Below are positions 20,432-29,794 of a stretch of DNA of 51,117 nucleotides, in pieces (position 1 is the first letter of the stretch; the number at the start of each line of letters is the position of its first letter). This stretch comes from Bacteroidales bacterium (GTDB lineage: Bacteria; Bacteroidota; Bacteroidia; Bacteroidales; JAADJA01): contig JALSSR010000152.1 of the NCBI GenBank assembly GCA_026984135.1, forward strand, positions 1 through 51,117. Reading direction: 5' to 3'. The notes under the pieces are model-generated. The model was given only the letters and a program-made list of their open reading frames with translations. It was not told the origin of the DNA and ran no database searches. The position numbers were made by a program, and so were the translations under genes.

Positions 20432-22312
20432 ATGAAAACTATATTAATTTTAGCATTTTCCATTTTTACGATTATAGGGCAATCCCAGATACCTGAAATC
20501 ATACGTCAAAAATGTGATGGAACATCATTTGATGATTATAATCCCTGTATTATAGAAAACGGACCCGACTACCTTATGGGCTTTTCAAGGCCATCAAACA
20601 AACAGTATTTTGATAGTACGAAAACCGATTTTAGCATATGCTTGGTTGAAATTGATTCTATGGGGAATTTTATATGGGATAAATTTTACGGGGGAAGTGA
20701 TTTTGACAAACCGGAAAAGATAATAAGAACAACTGACAACGGTTATTATCTTCTCGGGTTAACATTTTCAAATGATGGGGATGTGCAATCATTTAATCAT
20801 GGGGATGGGGATTTATGGGTTGTGAGATTGGATCAGAATAAAAATATACTTTGGGAAAAATGTTTTGGAACTCCATATTATGAAGAGCCGAGGGATATTA
20901 TTTTAACTCCTGACGGAGGTGTTGTGGTTATAGGCCAAATACACGGTGCAGGGGGAGATGTTTCTGTTTATTATGGTTATTATGATATCTGGATGTTCAA
21001 ACTTGATCCCACCGGCAACTTGGAGTGGGAAAAAACCATTGGAAACGAAGAAGAAGACAAGGGTTTTTCAATAATGCTAAATAGTCTGAATAACATAATG
21101 TTGATTGGTGCAACTACTAAAAACGGCGGGCTTGTTGATTGTTATCCTAATGAGGGATGGCCGGATGTATGGCTTGTGGAACTTGATTTACAGGGAAATA
21201 TCTTAGCACAGAATTGCTATGGTGGCAGTTACTATGATTTGGGAATTGATTTACTGGAAATTGATGACGGTTTTATACTTATGTGTTATACCGATTCAAA
21301 TGACGGAGATGTTTCAGGGTTACACGGTACTCCTAACGGCTCCTCCGATATCTGGATTTTAAAAATTGATGGACAGTTTAATATTGTTTGGCAAAAGTGC
21401 TTAGGCGGGTATTCAAGTGAATCACCTGACTATATTTTAAAAACTGAAGATGCCGGTTATATGATATTTGGCAGTACATCGTCCCACGACGGAGATGTTG
21501 CCGGAAACCATTCATCATCTTTTGGTAATGATTCTGATGTATGGGTAGTAAAAATCAATCAATCGGGAGAAATAGAATGGCAACAATGTTATGGCGGTTG
21601 GGGAAGCGAATGGATGTGGAACAAAAACTGTGTTTTGAAAAAAGACGATTATGATTTCATAATAACCTCCTCAACAGACTTTGGCCCGTCATATGATGTT
21701 CTGTGCTCTCCGGGTTACCTTGATAGGGATTCCTGGATATTTGAAATAAAAGACTGCGACATTTACACCCCTTCAACACCCGAAACACCTGCGGGTGACG
21801 ATACGGTCTGCAACTCCTCAGGCGGCACAAGCTTTATGAGCATACATAAAGCACAAAACGTCGATACCTACGAATGGAGAATACTGCCGGCAAATTCGGG
21901 TTCGTTGACTCAGACGGATACATCGGCTGTCATCAGTTGGAACCCGTCTTTTGAGGGTACTTCATCCGTTATCGTACGAAGCAATAATGAATGCGGAACG
22001 AGCCAATGGTCGGAGCCGCACCACGTTATCGTGGTCAACTGCATAGGTATAGCGGAGCAGCAGTCCGGAGACATCAGCCTTAAGGTTTATCCCAATCCCG
22101 CAAGGGAGTTTGTGGTGTTTGAATTGAACAAAGCATCCCGCACCGGCACCATTGTCATCTACAACTCCACCGGAACGGAAACGGCAAGGCTGCAAACAAA
22201 CGGCAGCCGTACAACGTGGCACACCGGAAACATCAAACCCGGATTGTTCTTTTACAGAGTGGAAACGGAAGAAAAGGTTTTGAGCGGGAAGATTGTGATA
22301 AGCGGAGGGTAA
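20432..22312 (+). CDS. T9SS-secreted protein: beta-propeller-like repeats, PKD-like stalk, CTD
   Basis: Repeats of W.K.(Y/F)GGS..D and DxWxxKxD.xG.(I/L).W of about 55-60 aa; CG.SQWSEP stalk; CTD VYPNPAREF. Confidence 0.8.
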   Translation: MKTILILAFSIFTIIGQSQIPEIIRQKCDGTSFDDYNPCIIENGPDYLMGFSRPSNKQYFDSTKTDFSICLVEIDSMGNFIWDKFYGGSDFDKPEKIIRTTDNGYYLLGLTFSNDGDVQSFNHGDGDLWVVRLDQNKNILWEKCFGTPYYEEPRDIILTPDGGVVVIGQIHGAGGDVSVYYGYYDIWMFKLDPTGNLEWEKTIGNEEEDKGFSIMLNSLNNIMLIGATTKNGGLVDCYPNEGWPDVWLVELDLQGNILAQNCYGGSYYDLGIDLLEIDDGFILMCYTDSNDGDVSGLHGTPNGSSDIWILKIDGQFNIVWQKCLGGYSSESPDYILKTEDAGYMIFGSTSSHDGDVAGNHSSSFGNDSDVWVVKINQSGEIEWQQCYGGWGSEWMWNKNCVLKKDDYDFIITSSTDFGPSYDVLCSPGYLDRDSWIFEIKDCDIYTPSTPETPAGDDTVCNSSGGTSFMSIHKAQNVDTYEWRILPANSGSLTQTDTSAVISWNPSFEGTSSVIVRSNNECGTSQWSEPHHVIVVNCIGIAEQQSGDISLKVYPNPAREFVVFELNKASRTGTIVIYNSTGTETARLQTNGSRTTWHTGNIKPGLFFYRVETEEKVLSGKIVISGG

Positions 22313-22687
22313 ACCCCTCTGTCAGCCTGCGGTTGACATCTCCCCTGAAGGGGAGACCGGCGATAGTAGTAGGATTAGCGGTAGTGGAAATTTATGTTTA
22401 ATTACGAATTAAAAACATTTTGAAAACAGTTAAAAAACCGAATAAATTATCCGTTTTGGAGGATGTGAGAATTAGTCTCTCTTTCAGGTAAAAAGACCCC
22501 TCTGTCAACCTGCGGTTGACATCTCCCCTGAAGGGGAGACCGGCGGTAGTAGATGGAATAACGGTAGTGGAAATTTATGTTTAATTATGAAAAAAAAACA
22601 TTTTGAAAACAGTTAAAAAACCGAATAAATTATCCGTTTTGGAGGATGTGAGAATTAGTCTCTCCTTCAGGAGAGATTTAGAGAGGT
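22313..22687 (+). repeat. Two tandem 183-bp repeat units (starts 22313 and 22496) containing REP-like hairpins
   Basis: Each unit starts ACCCCTCT-GTCA(A/G)CCTGCGGTTGAC-ATCTCCCCTGAAGGGGAGAC, continues through an AT-rich spacer, and ends GTCTCTC(C/T)TTCAGG. The period is exactly 183 bp. Confidence 0.95.
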
Positions 22688-22691
22688 AAAG

Positions 22692-23120
22692 GTGGGAGTT
22701 AAAAAAGAAAATATCGAAAAAGAAATGTTTTACGGAGCAAGTCCCGAAATATTTCGACGTGCTTTGGAATTAAGAAAGAATATGACCAAAGCCGAAAAAA
22801 AACTTTGGGCGGCTTTGAGAAGAAAACAAGTTAACGGGAAACGTTTCAGACGGCAACATCCCATAGGTAAATTTATTGTGGATTTTTACTGCCACGAAGT
22901 AAAACTTGTAATAGAGCTTGACGGAAGCATTCATAATTTTCAAGAACAAAAAGAATATGACTTGGGTAGAAGTGAAGATATTCAACAACTTGGTATTAAA
23001 ATTATCAGATTTACAAATAAACAAGTTATGAACAATTTAAATAAGGTAATAGCCGATATTGAAAGCGAAATAAAAATAATAAATGACGAAACAATCAAAG
23101 ATGGAGAAAGTTTGCATTAG
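22692..23120 (+). CDS. DUF559 family endonuclease-domain protein (Vsr-like, PD-(D/E)XK fold)
   Basis: ALELRKNMTKAEKKLWAALR...FRRQHPIGKFIVDFYC...LVIELDGSIH. The start could instead be the ATG of MFYG. Confidence 0.9.
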   Translation: MGVKKENIEKEMFYGASPEIFRRALELRKNMTKAEKKLWAALRRKQVNGKRFRRQHPIGKFIVDFYCHEVKLVIELDGSIHNFQEQKEYDLGRSEDIQQLGIKIIRFTNKQVMNNLNKVIADIESEIKIINDETIKDGESLH

Positions 23121-23129
23121 CCTTTTTAA

Positions 23130-23390
23130 ACCCCTCTGTCAACCTGCGGTTGACATCTCCCCTGAAGGGGAGACCGGCGGTAGTAGATGGAATAACGGAA
23201 GTGGAAATTTATGTTTAATTATGAATTAAAAACATTTTGAAAACAGTTAAAAAACCGAATAAATTATCCGTTTTGGAGGATGTGAGAATTAGTCTCTCCT
23301 TCAGGGAAAAAGACCCCTCTGTCAACCTGCGGTTGACATCTCCCCTGAAGGGGAGACCGGCGGTAGTAGTAGGAATAACGGAAGTGGAAA
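23130..23390 (+). repeat. Third (23130-23312) and partial fourth (23313-23390) 183-bp repeat units
   Basis: Near-identical to units 1 and 2, again with a 183-bp period. Unit 4 diverges after GTGGAAA. Confidence 0.95.
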
Positions 23391-23456
23391 ATTGATATTT
23401 TTGTTATGAAATTAAACATTTTGAATTAGAGATGTAAAAAATATAAAACAACAATT

Positions 23457-25265
23457 ATGAGTATAAAATTAACAATAACGGCGATATTTATAACATTGGC
23501 ATCTTTGGCGCAATTGCCGGAGATAACTATGCAGCAATGCTATGATAATTCCGTCAGCGATATTCCGGCGGGTATTTGCGAAACCGAAAGCGGGTATGCC
23601 GTTTTAACGGAGGTTTATAATGCCACGGGCACTCCCGGATTTCACGCTTTACGTGATTTTCATATTAGGTTTGTTGATACCCTCGGAAACACTCTGTTTG
23701 AAAAATGCTATGGCGGGTCCAAATCGGAGTATCCGAAAAAAATTCTGAAAACCGGTGACGGTAATTTTCTTTTGTTCGGAAAAACAAATTCCGTGGACGG
23801 TGATTTACCCGGAAATATTTGGGGATATAACGACTTATGTATCATTAAAATAAATCAGAACGGTGATATAATATTTTCAAAAACTTACGGCAGTACGGGC
23901 GATGATTCTCCGGGTAGCATCATATTGCTTCCTGACGGCGGTTTTATGTTTTGCGGAACTATATACGGCGACGGCGGTGATGTTGCAAATTATTACGGCG
24001 ACGGTGATATGTGGATTTGCAAGTGCGACCAGAACGGAAATATTGTTTCGCAAATGACTTTCGGCGACGATAAGGAGGATAAATGTAATGACATTTTGTT
24101 GAATGATGGAAATATAATTGTGGGCGGTGCAAAATTCATAAAACAAAGTTTAGTAACAATGTACGGTGCCCGGTTATTCGAAACGGACTTTCAGGGAAAT
24201 ATTCTCTGGGACAGTTTTATTCCCGACTCGGTATCTAATCATCTGGATTCAAGTATTGAAGCACTTTCCATTCTGAAAACCACCGACGGATATATGACAT
24301 TATGTAGTTCTGTTGGAGGTACGGATTATAATATGTTACTAAAAACTGATAATCAGGGACAATTGGAATGGAAAAAGAAATACGGGACCTATGGAGGTTA
24401 TGCAGCTCCCGCATATATAACACAATTAGACGACGGCAATTATCTGTTATTAGGTTGCGATTCAAAAGCTCCTTGCAACCACGCACTTCCTTCTCAATCA
24501 ACAACCGATATTTGGTTAGCCGAACTCGCTACAGACGGAGACATAATACTTCAGCAATGTTACGGCGGATACGGAGATGAAAATCTAAATCTTAATTGTG
24601 TAATAAAAAAGAGTGATTATCATTATGTAATTGCAGGAGATTCCGATTCCGACAATTCTGGTGATGTTACTTGCGAAAACGACGACCGGAATGTATGGCT
24701 TGTGGAAATGCAACGCTGCCCCGGTTACGAACCCGGCGTGCCCGATATTCCCTCAGGCCCCGACACAGTCTATTCAGCCAACCATCCCCAAATAACCTTC
24801 ACCATTGAACCACCACAAAATGCCTGGACTTTCAACTGGAAAATGGAACCCGACACAGCGGGCGAACTGACAGGCTACGGACTCTATGCCGAAGTTGATT
24901 GGGCACCGGACTTTAGCGGTACGGTGCAACTGTTCGCCCAAAGTGTCAACTACTGCGGCGAAAGCCAATGGTCCGAACCGAAAACCGTTTCGGTGTTCAA
25001 TACAATAGGAACGGATGAATATAACACAAATGAAGTTAGTTTAAAGGTTTATCCCAATCCTTCAAACGGAGATTTCATAATAGAAAGCGCTTTGTTGAAC
25101 GGCAAGTTCAATGTTAAAATTTATGATATAACGGGAAATATGGTTGTCAATGAATTTCTTCAATCGAACCGCTTGAAAACCAACCTGCAGGACGGAATCT
25201 ATTTTGTGAAAATCATAGACGGTGAAAATGTCTATTTAAGGAAGATAGTCATTGAAAATAAATAG
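23457..25265 (+). CDS. T9SS-secreted beta-propeller-like protein, paralog of 20432..22312
   Basis: Same repeat type (FEKCYGGSKSE, QQCYGGYGDE), CGESQWSEP stalk, CTD VYPNPSNG...GIYFVKI; TATTTTTG -7 box at 23396-23403. Confidence 0.8.
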   Translation: MSIKLTITAIFITLASLAQLPEITMQQCYDNSVSDIPAGICETESGYAVLTEVYNATGTPGFHALRDFHIRFVDTLGNTLFEKCYGGSKSEYPKKILKTGDGNFLLFGKTNSVDGDLPGNIWGYNDLCIIKINQNGDIIFSKTYGSTGDDSPGSIILLPDGGFMFCGTIYGDGGDVANYYGDGDMWICKCDQNGNIVSQMTFGDDKEDKCNDILLNDGNIIVGGAKFIKQSLVTMYGARLFETDFQGNILWDSFIPDSVSNHLDSSIEALSILKTTDGYMTLCSSVGGTDYNMLLKTDNQGQLEWKKKYGTYGGYAAPAYITQLDDGNYLLLGCDSKAPCNHALPSQSTTDIWLAELATDGDIILQQCYGGYGDENLNLNCVIKKSDYHYVIAGDSDSDNSGDVTCENDDRNVWLVEMQRCPGYEPGVPDIPSGPDTVYSANHPQITFTIEPPQNAWTFNWKMEPDTAGELTGYGLYAEVDWAPDFSGTVQLFAQSVNYCGESQWSEPKTVSVFNTIGTDEYNTNEVSLKVYPNPSNGDFIIESALLNGKFNVKIYDITGNMVVNEFLQSNRLKTNLQDGIYFVKIIDGENVYLRKIVIENK

Positions 25266-25397
25266 GTTATTATCCTGTTTACTAATTCTTTGCAGGTTTA
25301 CGAAGCAAAGCTGTTTATAGATACGTACCAACCAAAGGTTGGGAAGCAGTTAAGGCGTTGCAGCACAATGGCTGAAGTTTGACAAACCTATTCCGCA

Positions 25398-26237
25398 TTA
25401 GTATATGGCAGCAGCTACTTTATCTGCAAGGCGGCTAGCACCTATTCTGAAAAATTCATTGTTCATCCATTTATCGCCGAGGATTGCAGATAACAACTGC
25501 AGATAATCCAAAGCCTGCTCGGGCTCGGAAATGCCTCCGGCAGGTTTGATGCCAATCATTTTGCCGGTTTTTTCGTAATATTCTCCGATGGTATCGGCCA
25601 TAACGACAAAAGCATCCTGCGTTGCAGCCGGAGAAATTTTACCTGTTGAAGTTTTGATGAAATCGGCACCGGCATTGATGGCCAGTTCGCTTGCTTTACG
25701 GATATTCACAATAGTTTCCAACTCTCCCGTTTCAAGAATCACTTTCAGGTGGGTCTCTCCGCAAACTTCCTTTTGGGCGGCCAGTTCATCAAAAACTTTA
25801 TTGTATTCACCCTCAAGGAATGTTCCGCGCGAGATAACGGTATCTATTTCGTCCGCTCCCCCGTCAATGGCATATTTTATCTCATCAAGCTTAACCTGTA
25901 ATGATGTCTGTCCGCTCGGGAATCCTCCCGCAACGGAGGCTATTTTAATCCCTTTGCCGGCAAGTTCTTTTTTTGCCGTTGACATAAAAGGCGGATAAAA
26001 ACATACTGCTGCCACATTGGGGACGTTGTTTTCCAATTGCTTGAAACTATACGCTTTACGACACATCGTGCGAATTTTTTCGTGTGTGTCGTTTCCGTTT
26101 AGTGATGTCAGATCAATGGAGTTTAAAACCGTGCGGAGCAATTCTTTCTCCGTTGTCTTATCCCGGGACGAATGAATCTTTTCTATCCGTTCTTTGATAT
26201 CTTTTTCCGTGTATTTGTATTCTGAAAAATGTATCAT
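25398..26237 (-). CDS. deoC: Deoxyribose-phosphate aldolase
   Basis: IDLTSL, SVAGGFPSGQ, GADEID, LKVILETGEL, ADFIKTSTGK, GIKPAGGI, RIGAS. Confidence 0.95.
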   Translation of the reverse strand: MIHFSEYKYTEKDIKERIEKIHSSRDKTTEKELLRTVLNSIDLTSLNGNDTHEKIRTMCRKAYSFKQLENNVPNVAAVCFYPPFMSTAKKELAGKGIKIASVAGGFPSGQTSLQVKLDEIKYAIDGGADEIDTVISRGTFLEGEYNKVFDELAAQKEVCGETHLKVILETGELETIVNIRKASELAINAGADFIKTSTGKISPAATQDAFVVMADTIGEYYEKTGKMIGIKPAGGISEPEQALDYLQLLSAILGDKWMNNEFFRIGASRLADKVAAAIY

Positions 26238-26356
26238 AATTATGCGTTATTCAATACAAAAGTACATTAATTATTTCATTTTAAAACTTCCGGGAAGGAA
26301 ATTTGAAAAATAAAATGTAAATTTGTAAAGTTGTATTCTATTCATTTCTTTATAAA

Positions 26357-27520
26357 ATGATGATGGCATCAAAGATTGTAAATAATTATATTCCCGAGTT
26401 CTTAACACTAATATCCGGAAGGTCAAAACCTTCGATGGTTTCGGTTAATATCACTTCGGAATGCAATCAGAAATGCATATATTGCGAAATCGGACAGGGT
26501 GTGCGGACTTCAGCAAAGGGAAGTATTTCAACAGGAGATATGAAGTGGATTCTTGATCAAATGGAAATGACACGAATACCCAAACTTTCCATAAACGGAG
26601 GTGAACCGTTTCTGTTTAATGATATTATTGATGTTGTAGAATATGCCTGGAAAAAAAATATTCGATGCACGATTACGACAAACGGTATGACATTATATCA
26701 ACTGCCGGACAAAGAGTTGAAAATAATAAAGGATTCCGGAACAGAAATTAATATTTCGGTTGATTCGTTTAACAACGAAATAAATGCGATTACGAGGGGA
26801 ACAAAACAGGCTTTACCCAATGCTTTGAAATCAATAAAAAGGCTTGTTGATAACAAAATTCCGGTAACCGTTTTGACAGCCATTTCAAGATTTAATTACC
26901 TTGATTTGTACAGCTCCGTTGCGGAGGCATACGAGTTGGGCGTGAGTCAAATGCTGTTTCAACCGATAATTTATTCTTCAAATTATCCTGACAGACAGGT
27001 ACTTATTGGGAAATCAAATCTGAATATAAATCCGGAACAAATTGATGAATTAAAGAGGGAGCTGAAAAAAATATTGAAGTTTGAAAAAAAGCATAAGATA
27101 GATACCAATATTTACAGGATATTGCCCTGGATTGAATATTATATAAAGAGTGCTTCAAGTGCAAGCGAAGGGTTGTTTTTTCAGAAAATTCTGAAAAAAT
27201 TCTATTGTCGTGAAGTTGATGCAATAATTGAGATTTCCTACGACGGCAGTATTCTTCCCTGCGGACTTGCGCCGGCAAATGGTAACATTCATAATGGTAG
27301 CAACTTGATGAAGCTTTGGAGTAATTCAACTGCTAAATTGAGAAATGAATTGAAGAATGACAGATATCCCGGTTTTTGCAATGCTTGTTGTCACCATTTC
27401 AGCAGGAATATGTTCGCTTCGATAATGAAATATCCCGTTGAAAACGGAAATGCATTAGCGATGATGCTTCCTGCTGTTTTTTCAAGGGCAATGTATAAAA
27501 TCCTTAAAAACGTATTTTAA
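26357..27520 (+). CDS. Radical SAM protein with a C-terminal SPASM/twitch-like Cys cluster
   Basis: CNQKCIYC (CX3CX2C), GGEPFL, TTNG, and C-terminal FYC...DGSILPC...CNACC. Confidence 0.85.
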   Translation: MMMASKIVNNYIPEFLTLISGRSKPSMVSVNITSECNQKCIYCEIGQGVRTSAKGSISTGDMKWILDQMEMTRIPKLSINGGEPFLFNDIIDVVEYAWKKNIRCTITTNGMTLYQLPDKELKIIKDSGTEINISVDSFNNEINAITRGTKQALPNALKSIKRLVDNKIPVTVLTAISRFNYLDLYSSVAEAYELGVSQMLFQPIIYSSNYPDRQVLIGKSNLNINPEQIDELKRELKKILKFEKKHKIDTNIYRILPWIEYYIKSASSASEGLFFQKILKKFYCREVDAIIEISYDGSILPCGLAPANGNIHNGSNLMKLWSNSTAKLRNELKNDRYPGFCNACCHHFSRNMFASIMKYPVENGNALAMMLPAVFSRAMYKILKNVF

Positions 27521-27533
27521 CAAGTATAAACAG

Positions 27534-28340
27534 ATGAAAACAGTATTGGTTACCGGTGGAAACAGAGGAATAGGATTTGAGATTTGCAGGCAGCTTGATA
27601 ATCTCGGTTATCAGGTAATACTTGGTTCGAGGGATATGGACAAAGGTATGGCAGCGGCGAAAAAACTAAGTAATAACGTCATTATAAAACAATTGGATGT
27701 TACTGACGAAAAAAGCATTATTGAACTTTTTGACTTTGTTAAAACCCGGTTCGGCAGGCTCGATATTCTTATTAACAATGCAGGTGTTGGCGCCAAACGC
27801 GATAGTGATGAAAAATCATTTTTCGATGATGTTAAAAAAATTATGGAGACAAATTTTTACGGTGTATGGAGGATGATACGGGTTTTTATTCCGCTATTAA
27901 AAAAGTCGGGACTAACTCCGCGCAGGAAGGGACCTTCGGATATTTCTATTGCTGGAGTTAAGGATACTATGGAAACCAATTTGTACGGCCCCTGGAGAAT
28001 GATACGGAATTTTGTCCCACTGGTGAAAAACAGTGATAACGGACGTATAATAAATATAAGTAGTGGCATGGGAGAATTAAAGAATCTCACGGGACAATAT
28101 CCGGGATACAGTTTGTCAAAAGCATCGTTAAATGCACTTACAATAATGTTTGCCAACGATTTGAAAAATGACGGCATAAAAGTAAATGCCGTATGTCCGG
28201 GCTGGGTCAAAACGGATATGGGTGGGAAGGATGCTCCGTTATCAGTCGGACAGGGAGCGGATACTGCCGTATGGCTTGCTACGGAAAAGAATATTCCGAC
28301 AGGAAAATTTTTTAGAAACAGGGAGGTTATTCAATGGTAA
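27534..28340 (+). CDS. SDR family NAD(P)-dependent oxidoreductase (carbonyl-reductase-like) with an internal duplication
   Basis: TGGNRGIG, LINNAG, NISSG, YSLSK (YxxxK), VCPGWVKTDMGG. Confidence 0.9.
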   Translation: MKTVLVTGGNRGIGFEICRQLDNLGYQVILGSRDMDKGMAAAKKLSNNVIIKQLDVTDEKSIIELFDFVKTRFGRLDILINNAGVGAKRDSDEKSFFDDVKKIMETNFYGVWRMIRVFIPLLKKSGLTPRRKGPSDISIAGVKDTMETNLYGPWRMIRNFVPLVKNSDNGRIINISSGMGELKNLTGQYPGYSLSKASLNALTIMFANDLKNDGIKVNAVCPGWVKTDMGGKDAPLSVGQGADTAVWLATEKNIPTGKFFRNREVIQW

Positions 28341-28384
28341 TGGATGTTATGGAAATAGTTTAGTCTTAAAAAATATAAAAAGCT

Positions 28385-29785
28385 ATGAAAATAGGTCTGA
28401 TTTTTCCCAATGAAGACAGAAGGTATAAAACGGTTCATCTCGGACTGGGTTATATAGCCGCATATTCAAGGGAGCATCACGATGACCTGGAGTTTAAAAT
28501 TCTTGACACGCGTGTCGCCACTTCGAAGGAAACGGAGAGTTTTTTCAATGAGTCGTTTGACCTAATTGGAATTACCGTTCTTTCTCCTGTCTATTTTGAA
28601 GTAATACGGATTTTTAACAAAATAAAGGAAAAGAGTAAAAATACACCTGTTTGTCTCGGTGGTCCTTATGTCACAACCGTAATGGAGGAGATTTTCGAGG
28701 ATACTCCTGCCGAATTTGCCGTTTACGGTGAAGGTGAAATAACATTCTCCAAACTTATTGGCTATCTCAAAGGAGATGAAAATATTGAGGATATTGACGG
28801 TCTAATGTTTAAAAATGAAATAGGAGAAATAGTTAGAAACAAGCCAGTAAAACAAATACGGGATTTGGACACCCTTCCTTTTCCCGCTTATGACCTTTTT
28901 GATATGGACAGATACCCGCTTCACAGGATTGTTACAAGCAGAGGATGCCCCTATTCGTGCGATTTTTGCAACTCAACTTTTATTTGGGATGTTAAATGGA
29001 GAAAAAGAAAGCCTGAAAAAATTATTGAGGAGCTGGAATTCCTGCTGCAAAAGTATGGGAAAAAGATAGTTGTTTTCGCAGATAACAGTTTTAATATTGA
29101 CCTTGAGAGAGTAAATGAATTTTGTGATTTGCTTATCATGAAGGATTTGAAAATTTTGTGGTCAACCTCCGTGAGAGCTGATATTATTAACAGAGAAACC
29201 GCAGTAAAAATGAAGGCTGCCGGCTGTTATAACGTTGCTGTCGGTGTGGAATCGGCAAATAATGAGGTGCTAAGAAAAATGAATAAACAGACTACAATTG
29301 AGAAGGTTACGGAAGGTGTAAAGATTTTTAAGAATGCCGGAATTGAGGTTTTATGTCAGTTTGTTATCGGCAGCCAGGGTGATACCCTCGAAACGGTTAA
29401 AGAGTCTATTGAGTATGCAAAGCAATCGGATTGCGATTATGTGAATTTTTATTCCGTTTTGCCTTTTAAACGAACGCCGCAGTGGGATTTTGTTGTTGAA
29501 AATGGTAATCTTGCTACTGAAAAAATTCACGAGTTTCATTCCATTAATCCGCGAATAGTATTTGATACTCCAAATTTCTCATATGAGGAGCGTCTTGAAG
29601 CAATAAAACTTGCAAAAAAAGAGGGCTTTTATAGTAATAAGGATAAAAAAAACTGGCTTTTTGATGTCGCAAAAGAGACTTCACGAAAAATACAAACATT
29701 GTTGCCTGGTGAATTGGGTGAAAAATTATATTTGATATTAAAATCAATTTACAAAATCCGTTTTGTCAAAAAAAATAATCTTTAG
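28385..29785 (+). CDS. Cobalamin-binding-domain radical SAM protein (class B methyltransferase-like)
   Basis: N-terminal B12-binding region (HLGLGYIAA...LGGPYVT...GEGE), RGCPYSCDFC, VGVESAN. Confidence 0.88.
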   Translation: MKIGLIFPNEDRRYKTVHLGLGYIAAYSREHHDDLEFKILDTRVATSKETESFFNESFDLIGITVLSPVYFEVIRIFNKIKEKSKNTPVCLGGPYVTTVMEEIFEDTPAEFAVYGEGEITFSKLIGYLKGDENIEDIDGLMFKNEIGEIVRNKPVKQIRDLDTLPFPAYDLFDMDRYPLHRIVTSRGCPYSCDFCNSTFIWDVKWRKRKPEKIIEELEFLLQKYGKKIVVFADNSFNIDLERVNEFCDLLIMKDLKILWSTSVRADIINRETAVKMKAAGCYNVAVGVESANNEVLRKMNKQTTIEKVTEGVKIFKNAGIEVLCQFVIGSQGDTLETVKESIEYAKQSDCDYVNFYSVLPFKRTPQWDFVVENGNLATEKIHEFHSINPRIVFDTPNFSYEERLEAIKLAKKEGFYSNKDKKNWLFDVAKETSRKIQTLLPGELGEKLYLILKSIYKIRFVKKNNL

Positions 29786-29794
29786 TTGTAAAAG

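Noticed and set aside
22313-23390. CRISPR array interpretation of the 183-bp repeats
   Set aside because: The spacers are near-identical to each other rather than unique, the units are far too long, and no cas genes are present.
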